NCBI GenBank assembly: GCA_964646415.1
Contig: CAZYEL010000004.1
Coordinates: forward strand, 539-64,538
Reading direction: 5' to 3'
Length of the DNA stretch: 64,000 nucleotides
Origin: an uncultured Candidatus Saccharibacteria bacterium
GTDB taxonomy: Bacteria; Patescibacteriota; Minisyncoccia; UBA6257; 2-01-FULL-56-20
Of the stretch, positions 9,746 through 19,603 are shown one piece after another. Made by a program: the position numbers and the translations under genes. Position 1 is the first letter of the stretch; each line of letters starts with the position of its first letter. The notes below the pieces were generated by a model. It was not told where the DNA came from. It saw only the letters and a list, made by a program, of their open reading frames with translations, and did no database searches.

Positions 9746-10549
9746 ACAGAACTTAACGGCTTTTTCAAAGCCAGAAGGTGGGACGCGCGAAGCGCGTCCC
9801 ACTGATTTCCCCCCATTTTTCCAAACGAATTCGGAGTCCCGCTTTCGGCGGGACGGAGGATTTTTTCGCCAAGAAGCAGGTGCGAGCCAAAGATTTCTTT
9901 GGCACAAACCTTTTTAGCAAAAAGGTCTGAATCAGAAGCATATGGCAAGTCATGGACTATTAATTAAGGTTACAAATAATTGTCAGTTCAACGATGCTGG
10001 AAGTTCTGTAACTCCTCCACAAATACCAAATTAGGAGATATAAGTGTAGTTTCTCACGGGAGCAATCCCCGCCGTTTTATAATATCTCCTAAAAACGGCG
10101 GGGATTGTTGTGCGCGCACAGGGCGGGCGGGGCAAGCACATACAGATTTGTTTGTGCTTAGCACAATCCATATTTAAGGAGTTACCACGAACAGTGAACG
10201 AAGTCACAGGATTTAGAGCTACCATAGAACGCGGAGAGGAAGTGCCTCGTCTCGCCGTGAGGACGGAGAAAAGAGCAATCAAAAGTTAAAAATTAAGTGA
10301 TGCTCTTTTAGTAGTCTGAAACGGCGAAGCAAAACCAAAAATTTCCTTTCCATTTTTTGTCGGCTCCCCCCACACCCCCCGCCGAAAATCTAAAAGAAAG
10401 GAAGGAAAATTTTTGGTTTTTGCTCCCGCGACCGAAGGGAGCGGACGAGGCGCGCAGAATCCGAGCGGACGATTTAGTTTCAAGCCACCACGCACGCGGA
10501 GCGTGCGACATCATTTGTTTTGAAAGTAAGTGCGAGCTTGGTACAATAG
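9746..10549 (-). other. ~800-nt non-coding hairpin-rich insertion splitting the ABC ATPase gene (candidate self-splicing intron or inserted MITE)
   Basis: no credible ORF; nested inverted repeats (10062-10107; 105-nt hairpin 10329-10433); several GAAA-tetraloop hairpins near 9760-9850; flanked by the two halves of one ABC ATPase; boundaries are +/- 15 nt. Confidence 0.4.
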
Positions 10550-10798
10550 AGACACTCTGCCCGCACTGGGCCATAAGATGCCGGTGAGCATCTTGATAGT
10601 TGTGGATTTTCCGGCCCCATTCGGGCCGATAAACGCCACCGATTCCCCCGTCTTAATGGAAAAGGACACATCATCCACCGCGGCGATGGAACGCGCGGCG
10701 GGCTTGAAAAAATTAGAAAGGAATCCCCGCTCAGGGTCTTTCGCCGGAAACGAAAAAGTTTTCGAGAGATGGGCAACTTCGACCGCCTTGTCAGCCAT
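10511..10798 (-). CDS. ABC transporter ATP-binding protein, N-terminal segment carrying Walker A
   Basis: FIGPNGAGKSTTIKMLTGILWPSAGRV; the reading frame terminates 12 codons after GRV, inside the insertion. Confidence 0.7.
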   Translation of the reverse strand: MADKAVEVAHLSKTFSFPAKDPERGFLSNFFKPAARSIAAVDDVSFSIKTGESVAFIGPNGAGKSTTIKMLTGILWPSAGRVSLLYQARTYFQNK

Positions 10799-10837
10799 AC
10801 AAGAAGTATAACTTACCCCTCATTCTTATCCTTATGC

Positions 10838-11230
10838 TTATTGTTTTTCTCTCTTGCCAGTCCTCCTCTCCTCCGCCCGCGCGACTTCGTGCTCGTCCAT
10901 GCCGAGGTAGTGCGCGACTTCGTGCCAGAGCGTATCATACACCACCTCGCGGATGGAAAGCCCCGCGTCTTCCGCCTCTTCCTCCGTGGGATTTTTGAAA
11001 ATGACGATTCGTCCGGGCATCTCCCAGGGACCCGCCCCCTGCTCACCAAGATTCGCTCCCTCGAAAATACCAAGCAGCGTCTCACCCTCGGGGATTTCCA
11101 TCTCTTCAAGCAGCTCCTCGCTCGGCTTCTCCTCCACCACAAACGCCACGTTCTTGAGTTTCTTCAAAAACTTCTTCAGTATTTTATCCGCCTCCTCGGC
11201 GACGATTGTTTCGAATGCTTCAAATGTCAT
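10838..11230 (-). CDS. zincin-like metallopeptidase family protein
   Basis: 130 aa with HEVAHYLG (HExxH) motif near the C-terminus. Confidence 0.65.
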   Translation of the reverse strand: MTFEAFETIVAEEADKILKKFLKKLKNVAFVVEEKPSEELLEEMEIPEGETLLGIFEGANLGEQGAGPWEMPGRIVIFKNPTEEEAEDAGLSIREVVYDTLWHEVAHYLGMDEHEVARAEERRTGKREKQ

Positions 11231-11308
11231 AGGAATATTCGGGTATATCACAAGTATAAGAATCCCGATAAAAAATCAAAGCGAAGCATCCACGCCATTC
11301 TTTTCTGG

Positions 11309-11345
11309 AAAAAATCGAACAGGCCGCTCTTATTGAGACGGCCTG
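11309..11345 (-). terminator. rho-independent terminator
   Basis: hairpin CAGGCCG...CGGCCTG followed by a T-run on the minus strand, directly after the 11389 gene. Confidence 0.55.
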
Positions 11346-11388
11346 CGATGAATTTTCCTCCTTTCTCCCCTTCTCCCTGCGCTTGCAG

Positions 11389-11805
11389 CTACGGGCAGAG
11401 ATTTAGGGCTTTCTTCATATCGGCTATCGGGTATGGCGGGCCGGAAGGCGGGTTTTCGAGTTTCGGGACGATCAAACGGAAGAATTCCGGGGAAAACTTC
11501 TCTTTTCCCGAAAATCGCTCCGCCCCAACCGCCATGGCTGTGTCCCAACAGAACGATACGAGGTAAAGGGTGTCTCTGACTGTCATGAGGAGGTAGAACA
11601 GCAGGCGATCGCTCTCGGTCTTGGGCCAGAACTTTGCCATCGGTCCGTCGAGAAGAACGCCAATCATCTGATCTTGGGTAAACGCCAACGCCGCCGGACT
11701 TTCAGCAAGGTGCCGAACAATTGTCGCCATCTGTGGCTTCCTTCCCTTTCGTAACTTGAAACAGGAAAGTGGAACATCCCCAGTTGGCTCTGCCGGAACG
11801 TCCAA
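11389..11805 (-). CDS. hypothetical protein
   Basis: 138-aa ORF, start uncertain, no motif recognised. Confidence 0.35.
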   Translation of the reverse strand: MDVPAEPTGDVPLSCFKLRKGRKPQMATIVRHLAESPAALAFTQDQMIGVLLDGPMAKFWPKTESDRLLFYLLMTVRDTLYLVSFCWDTAMAVGAERFSGKEKFSPEFFRLIVPKLENPPSGPPYPIADMKKALNLCP

Positions 11806-11858
11806 CTCCTTGAACTCGGGAATTGCATTTTAACCCCTGTTTCGATAAGGTTATACGT

Positions 11859-12698
11859 ATGGCTTTTAATTTCACGCTAGTCGCCGTCGCGTCGGCGCTT
11901 TTGGGCTCGGTCGCAAGCATTTTGGCGCGCACGCTTCTCAAAGACCTCAAATCAAAGGATATTCTGGGCATCAACTTCCTTACGATGGGAGCGACGCTTC
12001 TCATCATCTCTCCCCTCTTTTACAGTTTTGAGCCCTCGCTTACCTCATTCCTCCTGATTGTGCTCATCGCGCTCATCGACACGCTGGCAAACTACTTCTT
12101 TTTCAAAACATACGAACAAACGGAGGTGAGCGTTGCAACGCCCATCCTCTCTCTTGCACCGGTTTTTACGTTCGCCTTCGGCTGGCTCTTTCTTGCAGAC
12201 ACCGTTCAGCTCTCGACATATGTCCTCGCATTCCTCATCCTTGCCGGCGTCGTCGCGTTCTCCGCAGACTTCAAAAACTTTTCCCGCTTCCGGGCGCACA
12301 CGCTCCAACCCGCCATTCTCTCCTCCCTTCTCTTCGGCATATCCGCCATTCCTTCGAAATACCTCTTGAGCACGCTCCACGCCATAAACGCCCCCACGCT
12401 CTACATGTTCCGCGCGGGGCTTATCGCCCTTTTCGCCCTCCTCTTTTTCAACTTCGCGCTCCGCAGCATCGAGCCGCGCCAATACCGGCTCATATTTTTC
12501 CGCGGGCTTTTCGTCATCTCCCAATGGGTACTGCTCTACTTTGCGCTCTCCCGCGGCAATGCGGGAGTAACCGTCACGCTCGCAAACATCACGCCGATAT
12601 TCGTGTTCGTGTTAAGCGCCATATTCCTCGCGGAAAAACCGACAATGAAGAAAGTTATCGCCTCGATTCTTGTGCTCGCTCTCTCGCTTATCATTTAA
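11859..12698 (+). CDS. EamA/DMT family transporter
   Basis: 279 aa, 10 TM helices; ORF-track start is TTG, first ATG used. Confidence 0.65.
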   Translation: MAFNFTLVAVASALLGSVASILARTLLKDLKSKDILGINFLTMGATLLIISPLFYSFEPSLTSFLLIVLIALIDTLANYFFFKTYEQTEVSVATPILSLAPVFTFAFGWLFLADTVQLSTYVLAFLILAGVVAFSADFKNFSRFRAHTLQPAILSSLLFGISAIPSKYLLSTLHAINAPTLYMFRAGLIALFALLFFNFALRSIEPRQYRLIFFRGLFVISQWVLLYFALSRGNAGVTVTLANITPIFVFVLSAIFLAEKPTMKKVIASILVLALSLII

Positions 12699-12713
12699 CA
12701 CCTGTTACAAACC

Positions 12714-13829
12714 ATGCCTAACGAAACAGAGAACAATGCGGCGGCACCAAAGCGAAGAGTCTTGCTCCTCTTTTGCGGAGGGACGATATCGATGAGCAAA
12801 GACGCCAAGACGGGCACCCTGGACGTTGCACACGGCGCCGACCAGTTTTTCAAAATCGAACCGCGCATCGTGGAAATCGCCCAAATCGACGTGCGGTTCG
12901 TGGATAACCTCGACAGCACGGATATGGTGCACCGCCAGTGGGAACGTATGGTTGAAATTATCGACGAGGAATATAAAAACTACGACGGCTTCCTCATCAC
13001 CATGGGCACCAATACCATGGCCTATGCATCGAGCGCGGTTTCGTTCCCTCTCGCGGGGATCGGCAAGCCCGTGGTCTTCACCGGCGCGCAAATTCCCGCC
13101 GAAGTCATCAGCACCGACGGACGGAACAATCTGGTGAATGCCCTCCGCGTGGCCGCGATGGACGTGGCGGGAGTATTTGTGGTATTCGGCAGCAAAATAA
13201 TCCTCGGGTGCCGCGCGAAAAAATACAGTGAGTCCGATTTGGACGCTTTCAAAACTTTCAACGATTCCGATTTCGCGGAGATTTCCATCGGCATAAAGAT
13301 AAACAAAGAGGGCTATGTCCGGCACGACAAACCCTTCAAAGCGAAGAACGGGTTTGAGGACAATATTGCTTGCCTCACGTGCATACCGGGTCTGCGCAAC
13401 GAGTACTTAATCGCCCTTATTGAAGGAGGAATAAAAGGCATCATATTACGCGCATTCGGCTCGGGAGACGTCCCGCACGAACTCCTTCCCGCCCTGCGGC
13501 GCGCGAGAGACAAAAAAATCCCCGTGGTGGTCACCACACAATGCCCGGGAGGCGCGACCGTCATGGGACTGAATGACCCGGGACTCCAAGCGCTCCGGCA
13601 AGGTAAGGTTATCCAGGCGTTCGATATGAGTATGGAAACGATGAGCACAAAGTTGATGTGGCTGTTAAAGCAAGGGATTCCGTACGAAGAATTGCGGGAC
13701 TACATGCAAAAAAGCTTATGCGGAGAAGTAAGCACAAAACGGGTGAAAGTCTTCCTCAACCAAGAGCTTCAGAAAGACGAAGAATACCAGCGGAAGCTGG
13801 ATGACCACTCCGAGGGACAGAAGTCCTAG
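12714..13829 (+). CDS. ansA: L-asparaginase (type I family)
   Basis: FCGGTISM threonine active-site motif, GTNTMAY, HGT-like hinge; 371 aa. Confidence 0.85.
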   Translation: MPNETENNAAAPKRRVLLLFCGGTISMSKDAKTGTLDVAHGADQFFKIEPRIVEIAQIDVRFVDNLDSTDMVHRQWERMVEIIDEEYKNYDGFLITMGTNTMAYASSAVSFPLAGIGKPVVFTGAQIPAEVISTDGRNNLVNALRVAAMDVAGVFVVFGSKIILGCRAKKYSESDLDAFKTFNDSDFAEISIGIKINKEGYVRHDKPFKAKNGFEDNIACLTCIPGLRNEYLIALIEGGIKGIILRAFGSGDVPHELLPALRRARDKKIPVVVTTQCPGGATVMGLNDPGLQALRQGKVIQAFDMSMETMSTKLMWLLKQGIPYEELRDYMQKSLCGEVSTKRVKVFLNQELQKDEEYQRKLDDHSEGQKS

Positions 13830-13886
13830 CTGACGTTCCCGTCTTCGAGCACGATAATCCGGAGCTAAAAGAGGCCCGAAATCCTT

Positions 13887-14219
13887 CTAGTGCATCATGC
13901 CCTTCATGGAATCCATTCCCGACGCATCCGCGTTCTCCTTGAGATACTTCCCTCCGACAGCTTCCCAATCTTTCCCTTGCGCCATCATCCCGTCATTTTG
14001 ATACTTCGTCCCCATCTCCTGCATCATCATGCCGCCGGACTTCATCATCTCTCCCATCTTTTGAATCATTACCGACTGCTCTTGCATCATTTGAATTGAG
14101 TCTTGCAACTCCTTGGTTGCAACACCCCCATCGTTCACACCCTTCCCCAACGAGTAGCCGACTCCTCCGCCCACAAGAAGCGCAATCACCATGCCAAGAA
14201 CCAAATTTGTGTTTTTCAT
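13887..14219 (-). CDS. secreted Met-rich protein (putative Cu(I)/Ag(I)-binding, operon partner of the RND pump)
   Basis: signal peptide, then MMQEQSVMIQKMGEMMKSGGMMMQEMG...MMAQG...MDSMKGMMH; sits directly downstream of the CusA-like gene. Confidence 0.5.
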   Translation of the reverse strand: MKNTNLVLGMVIALLVGGGVGYSLGKGVNDGGVATKELQDSIQMMQEQSVMIQKMGEMMKSGGMMMQEMGTKYQNDGMMAQGKDWEAVGGKYLKENADASGMDSMKGMMH

Positions 14220-14302
14220 ATTATTTAGTTTATTAACCTTTTACTGCCCCTCCTCCGCGCACATCGGGCGGCTCGCGCCCGTTATTGAAGTACCTCATAC
14301 CT

Positions 14303-17300
14303 TCAGAATCCCGACGATGTAACCTCATTACCTTTTAGCGCCGCCTCTTTGCCGAAACGATAGAATAGCGCCGGAGTCAGGAAGAGCGAGATGATAGTGG
14401 AAGACATAAGCCCACCGAATATCACGACCGCGAGCGGGTGGAGCATCTCCTTGCCCGGCTCGCCGCCGGAGACAAGCAGCGGAACGAGCGCAAGCGCCGT
14501 AACCAGGGAAGTCATCAGAACCGGCACCACGCGGTCAAGCGTCGCCCTGACGATTGTCTCGGGAACGAACGGCATGCCTTCTTTCTGCACAAGCGCGAGG
14601 CTCCGCCCGATGAGCATGATGCCGTTCCGGGAAACGATTCCCGCGAGAGAAATGAACCCCACCATATGCGCGAGGTTGACCGACCCGCCGGTGAGCCACA
14701 CACCCGCCATTCCACCGATAAGCACCGTGGGGATATTCGTCATGACCAAAAGCGCAATCGGCACCGACCTGAACGCGTGGTACAACACCCCGAAAATCAC
14801 CATGATGCCGATGATGAATACCCACGCGAGCCTCTGTGAACTTTCTTTTTGGCTCTTGTAATTTCCCTCGAAAGAAAGAGTGACGCCCACCGGAAGTCTT
14901 TGCGCTTCAAGCGAAGACTTCGCGTTGCCCACCGCGCCGACCACGTCGGCTCCCCTATAGTTCGCCGAAACCACCAAAACCCGCTTGCCTCCTTCATGGT
15001 CCTGGCTGTTGCGCCCGCCCTCAACCCGGACATCCCCCACGTTCCCCAGCGACTCCGCCCCCATAAACGGAAGGGAAAGGTCGCGGAGCGATTCCATCGT
15101 GCCTTTCGATTCCGCGTCGTACCGCGCCACGACATCGACCGATGCGGGACCAAGGCGAACCTGCCCCAAGCGGTCACCCATAAGCCCCATCTCAAGGTCG
15201 CTCGCTACCTCGCCGGAAGACAATCCATATTCCGCCAAACGGTTCCGGTCAACATAAATGCGGAACTCCGGAACAACCGTGTTCTGCTGGATGCGCGGAT
15301 TTTCAATGCCTTTCTGTTTTTTGAGTTCCGCGACGACCTGTTTTGCGGCGCGCTCCATGCTCGCAGGTTCGTCACCGAACACCTTTACCACAATGGGAGC
15401 CCGCACACCCGAGAGCAGCATCTCCACGCGGTGGGTCACCGGCTGCCCCAAACTGAAATCCGCGCCGCCGAACCTGTCGAGCACCGCCTGAATGTCCCGC
15501 ATGATCCTGTCGCGCTCGCCCTCAAATCCCGGCGTGAGCGCAATCTGCATCTCGCTCGAATTGGGACTGCCTCCGTGAGGGTCTGCGGGTGCCCGCCCCG
15601 CAATATTGCTCACCTGCCGCACGCCCTCAACTTTGAGCAAAGCCTTTTCGAGTCTCGTCATATATTCGTTGGTGGCGGAAAGCGCCGTGCCGGGAGGCAA
15701 AAAAACCATCGCCACCATTGACCCCTCGTTAAACGGAGGGATTCCTTCTTTGCCGGAAAAAAAGTACATACCGAACGTTGCCGCAAACGCCACGGCTGTT
15801 ACGCCCGCAATGATTTTCACATGCCCGATGCACCAATGAATCCACGGCGTAATCCGCGTTTTTATTTTCTGCACAATCTTCGTTTCTTTCTCGTGCCCCC
15901 GGAGCGATGCATCGCTCAAAAGCAATGCCGAAAGAACGGGCGTCACCGTGAGCGACACCACCATGGATGCGACGAGGGAAACAAGATACGCGGATCCCAG
16001 GGCGATGAGCAACCGCCCCTCGATATCCGGCATGAAAAATATCGGGAGGAACACCACTGCGACCAATATGGTCGCATACACGATGGAGTTACGAACTTCT
16101 TTCGATGCGGCCAAAACCACATGTTCGCGGCTTTCTGTTTTGCCGCCCGCCATCCACGCGCGCAAACGCCGGAAAATATTCTCCACATCCACAATCGCAT
16201 CATCGACAAGTTCGCCCACCGCGACCGCGATGCCTCCTAAAGTCATCACGTTCACCGAAAAACCGAATTCCTTAAACACTATCGCGGTCGCGAGGATCGA
16301 CAAGGGAATGGCAGTGAGCGTTATCATGGTCGTCCGTACATTCATAAGGAAAATGATGAGAACCAAAATCACCAGGAGCGTACCGTCGCGAAGCGCCCCT
16401 TCCACATTGCGGAGTCCGGCACGAATGAAGTTTTCCTGCCGAAAGAGGTCCGGGTGCAATACCACGCCCTCAGGAAAACTCGCATTGAGCGAAGCGAATA
16501 CTTCGTTGATTTCGTCGGTAACGGTTATGGTCTGCGCGTCGGGCTGCCTGATGACACGCAAGATGACGCCGGGCTTGCCGTCAATCGCTCCCGCTCCCCG
16601 GATAATACTCGCCCCCTCCGCGAGAGAAGCGATGTCCCCAAGGCGGATAGGCCGCCCGTCCGCGCTGTTCCGCCCGATGGCGATTTCCCCCAATTCGGAA
16701 ACCTCCGTCGGGGCGACAAGCACGCGGATGGAATATTCTTTCTCGTCCTGGGTAAGAAGACCCCCGCTTTTATTGGTAAGCGCGCCCTCCACGCCCTTGC
16801 GTACGTCGTCGAACATGAGTCCATAACGGCGCAACTGGAGCGCATTAAGGTTGATTTGCCACTCGCGGACATCCCCTCCCATCACCAATACGTTGGCAAC
16901 CCCGGGAATCTTAAGCAGCGCCGGGCGGATGGTCCAATCCGCGAGCGTCCGGAGCTCCATCGGAGACACCTTCCCGTCGTGCGAGGCAATACCCACCCAC
17001 ATGATTTCCCCGAGAAGGGAAGTCGAGGGACCGAGAACCGGTTTTACTCCGCGCGGCAATATCGCCTGCGCCAGGCGTTCCTGCACGATCTGCCGGTTGC
17101 GCAAGGTATCACTCCCCCAGTCAAATTCGATATTGACCGTCGCCTGCGCGAACGACGCGCTGCTGCGTATCCGCTCGACTCCGGGAGCTCCCGCAATGCT
17201 TGCCTCAATCGGATTCAGAATAAGCCGCTCCACTTCTTCAGCAGCCATGCCGTCGCTTTCCGCAAAGACGGTAACCGTCGGCTTGTTGATGTCGGGAAGA

Positions 17301-17413
17301 ATATCCACCTTCATCGTCGATATGCTCCACACACCGGCCACCGTCACTATCCCCGCCGCAACAAGCACGGTGACTTTGTTGCCGAGAGACCAGGAAATTA
17401 TTTTATTAAACAT
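14303..17413 (-). CDS. RND efflux transporter permease, heavy-metal efflux (CusA/CzcA-like) family
   Basis: 1036 aa, 12 TM helices with two large periplasmic loops, HME-type N-terminus. Confidence 0.85.
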   Translation of the reverse strand: MFNKIISWSLGNKVTVLVAAGIVTVAGVWSISTMKVDILPDINKPTVTVFAESDGMAAEEVERLILNPIEASIAGAPGVERIRSSASFAQATVNIEFDWGSDTLRNRQIVQERLAQAILPRGVKPVLGPSTSLLGEIMWVGIASHDGKVSPMELRTLADWTIRPALLKIPGVANVLVMGGDVREWQINLNALQLRRYGLMFDDVRKGVEGALTNKSGGLLTQDEKEYSIRVLVAPTEVSELGEIAIGRNSADGRPIRLGDIASLAEGASIIRGAGAIDGKPGVILRVIRQPDAQTITVTDEINEVFASLNASFPEGVVLHPDLFRQENFIRAGLRNVEGALRDGTLLVILVLIIFLMNVRTTMITLTAIPLSILATAIVFKEFGFSVNVMTLGGIAVAVGELVDDAIVDVENIFRRLRAWMAGGKTESREHVVLAASKEVRNSIVYATILVAVVFLPIFFMPDIEGRLLIALGSAYLVSLVASMVVSLTVTPVLSALLLSDASLRGHEKETKIVQKIKTRITPWIHWCIGHVKIIAGVTAVAFAATFGMYFFSGKEGIPPFNEGSMVAMVFLPPGTALSATNEYMTRLEKALLKVEGVRQVSNIAGRAPADPHGGSPNSSEMQIALTPGFEGERDRIMRDIQAVLDRFGGADFSLGQPVTHRVEMLLSGVRAPIVVKVFGDEPASMERAAKQVVAELKKQKGIENPRIQQNTVVPEFRIYVDRNRLAEYGLSSGEVASDLEMGLMGDRLGQVRLGPASVDVVARYDAESKGTMESLRDLSLPFMGAESLGNVGDVRVEGGRNSQDHEGGKRVLVVSANYRGADVVGAVGNAKSSLEAQRLPVGVTLSFEGNYKSQKESSQRLAWVFIIGIMVIFGVLYHAFRSVPIALLVMTNIPTVLIGGMAGVWLTGGSVNLAHMVGFISLAGIVSRNGIMLIGRSLALVQKEGMPFVPETIVRATLDRVVPVLMTSLVTALALVPLLVSGGEPGKEMLHPLAVVIFGGLMSSTIISLFLTPALFYRFGKEAALKGNEVTSSGF

Positions 17414-17424
17414 TGAAGTATGCG

Positions 17425-19098
17425 CTACATTTGCATCCCTTCCATATGCTCATGCCCTGCCGGCATTGCGGGCGCACCCGCATCGTCGTTCTCCGGCGCG
17501 ACATCGTCGAGCAGCATGTCCTCACGGATACCCGGCACGGGGTCGACGATGTACCGGTCCCCGTTCTTCAATCCTTCGCGCACTTCAATCACCGCACCGA
17601 ACACGCGGCCGGCGACAATTTTCCGCCCGAAAATCCTCCCGGCTTCCGACACCCCCCACACATGCGAGACGCCGTCCTCGTCCCACCATATGGACGAAAG
17701 CTTGATTACGGGAACATCCGCCTTTTGAGGAGCAATGACGCGTACCGAGGCGTGCACCGGCCACGGGGTTGCCCCGGCGAAAGACGCCTCCGCCACATAC
17801 GAACCCGTCCCATCAAGCGCGGTACCGACGCCCGTAATCTTCGCGGGACGGCGATCAAGCGGGAATCCGGGACGTACCACCGCCACCGCATCGCCTGCGC
17901 GGGGAAGGGTTTCCCCTCCGGGAATCCGGAAACGGATAAACCGCTCGCCTGCGCCCTCGGCGGTGAGCATCGCCACCACCGAATCGTTTGTCACGAAATC
18001 CCCGGGATTTTTTGAAATCGAGCTGATAATTCCATTCCGCGGAGCGACTATCGACCCGTTCGTGAGACTTCCGAGCACATTTGCGTACGCCTCTTCCGTC
18101 GCCTTCACGTCCCCCGCCGCCGCATCAACTTCGCGGTCGCGGCTCACGCTTTTCTGCACAAGCGCCGCTTCTTTTACCTCAAGAGACGCGCGTGCTTCCT
18201 TGTGCATATTCAACGCATCCACAAATTTCTCCTTGTCGCCTCCCACCATATCCCGCAGACTCGCTATCTCTTCGCTGCTCACCTCGGCCGACACGACGGT
18301 ATCAAGCACGGCTCTTTCCGCAACCCGAAGAAACGCCGCCATTGCCGCTTCCAGCGTATCGTCCTCGCCTTTCTGCAGAATCGCCCTCAATTGCAGCGCG
18401 ACCGGCTCAAAGTCGTTCCGCGTCTGGCTGTTGGCGATTGCAAGAAACGATTTTAATCTGAGATACGCCTGATTCTGCGGATTTATCACATCGGTCAACC
18501 GGCGCAACTCGCGGTAAAAAATTTCCTCCGCCGCCGTATGAAGGTTCCTCGCGCGCAAGGCAACGATTGCGCGCGCCTCATCGCGCTCCGCCATAGCCGC
18601 TTGCGCTTCCGCTTCCGGAAGCTGGACGCTCACCGGCCGGCTGGTCTGCGCGCGAATGAGGTCTTTCAACTGTTCGGCAACCGCCATGGAGCGGTCGATA
18701 GTGGAAGGCGCCGCAGAAAGCTTGCCCAGCACCTGTCCTTTTTGCACGCGCTGCCCTATCCTCGCACCCCATGCAACAATGGTCCCGTCGCGGGGAGGAT
18801 ACACCACGATGTCCCCAAACGAGATCACCTCGCCAGGCCACGAATTCCCCAAGGCGCCCCCTCCCGCTGCGGGAAACTCATCCGCCCCCGCCACGGCAAC
18901 CGTCACATCTTCGGCTTTCCCGCCGGCATGCGCAACGGATTCCCCTGTTTCTGCTGCCAGAGTCGGATTCTTTTCTCCCATAAAGAGCGAAACAAACACC
19001 CCTGCCGCGACAAGGAATACCACCGCGGCCGTTATCATGAGACCTCGCGGATACTTTTGTCGTATGTGGCGAACAGCTGCAAATAATTTTTCTTTCAT
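17425..19098 (-). CDS. efflux RND periplasmic adaptor (membrane fusion protein) with His/Met-rich C-terminal tail
   Basis: N-terminal TM anchor, coiled-coil and beta-barrel regions, C-terminus APAMPAGHEHMEGMQM. Confidence 0.7.
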   Translation of the reverse strand: MKEKLFAAVRHIRQKYPRGLMITAAVVFLVAAGVFVSLFMGEKNPTLAAETGESVAHAGGKAEDVTVAVAGADEFPAAGGGALGNSWPGEVISFGDIVVYPPRDGTIVAWGARIGQRVQKGQVLGKLSAAPSTIDRSMAVAEQLKDLIRAQTSRPVSVQLPEAEAQAAMAERDEARAIVALRARNLHTAAEEIFYRELRRLTDVINPQNQAYLRLKSFLAIANSQTRNDFEPVALQLRAILQKGEDDTLEAAMAAFLRVAERAVLDTVVSAEVSSEEIASLRDMVGGDKEKFVDALNMHKEARASLEVKEAALVQKSVSRDREVDAAAGDVKATEEAYANVLGSLTNGSIVAPRNGIISSISKNPGDFVTNDSVVAMLTAEGAGERFIRFRIPGGETLPRAGDAVAVVRPGFPLDRRPAKITGVGTALDGTGSYVAEASFAGATPWPVHASVRVIAPQKADVPVIKLSSIWWDEDGVSHVWGVSEAGRIFGRKIVAGRVFGAVIEVREGLKNGDRYIVDPVPGIREDMLLDDVAPENDDAGAPAMPAGHEHMEGMQM

Positions 19099-19208
19099 TG
19101 TTTTCTTTACCAAATTAATTACCAATCGGGCCATGCGCACCGGAAACAAAAAGTCCTTGTGTGCCACAAGGACCGACTCGCATAGAAAACACGGCAAAGC
19201 GGTGTTTC

Positions 19209-19598
19209 CTACGCCGGCTTGATAACATTGGGACTCCCCTCAAAGAGCGCGAGCCAATGATGCATGGTGCTCCGTACCACGGAGAAAATACCCCGGCGTT
19301 TTTGCCTCAAGAAACCCGGCGATATCGGCGATAAAGAAAAAGCGGATGTATAAAAAGCACCGGCGATGCCGACAACTATCAAAAAGAAAATGGTGAGTGC
19401 GAAGAAAGTCCCGGCTACCGTCGCGGAGGTCAGCTCTTGAATGCGGAGAATGTGCCCCATCAACCCATCCTGATGCAAGGGCATGTTGTGCTCTCCATGC
19501 GCCATGGGCGAGGACCCGTTGAACAGACAGAAAGAAACCGCTCCCGCAACCACCAAAAGCAGGATAAAAACGAAAGTTTGCTTGAGTAGCGTAGTCAT
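19209..19598 (-). CDS. small 2-TM membrane protein with His/Met-rich extracytoplasmic loop
   Basis: MAHGEHNMPLHQDGLMGH sits between two TM helices; lies between the repressor and adaptor genes. Confidence 0.45.
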   Translation of the reverse strand: MTTLLKQTFVFILLLVVAGAVSFCLFNGSSPMAHGEHNMPLHQDGLMGHILRIQELTSATVAGTFFALTIFFLIVVGIAGAFYTSAFSLSPISPGFLRQKRRGIFSVVRSTMHHWLALFEGSPNVIKPA

Positions 19599-19603
19599 AA
19601 AAA

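Noticed and set aside
9750-9948. In-frame upstream extension of the ABC ATPase C-terminal ORF (MPYASDSDLF...)
   Set aside because: The extension translates hairpin/tetraloop-rich sequence, has no similarity to ABC ATPases, and would leave Walker A missing. It is more likely an open frame by chance within the insertion.
14275-14300. 14-nt identity (ATACCTTCAGAATC) with the 3' end of the CsoR-like gene at 19625
   Set aside because: About 15 chance 14-mer matches are expected in a 64-kb window on two strands; there is no extended similarity.
14849-17416. Long plus-strand ORFs (290 and 320 aa) inside the RND pump gene
   Set aside because: They are antisense to a well-supported 1036-aa CusA-like CDS, Arg/His-rich with low-complexity composition typical of high-GC antisense frames.
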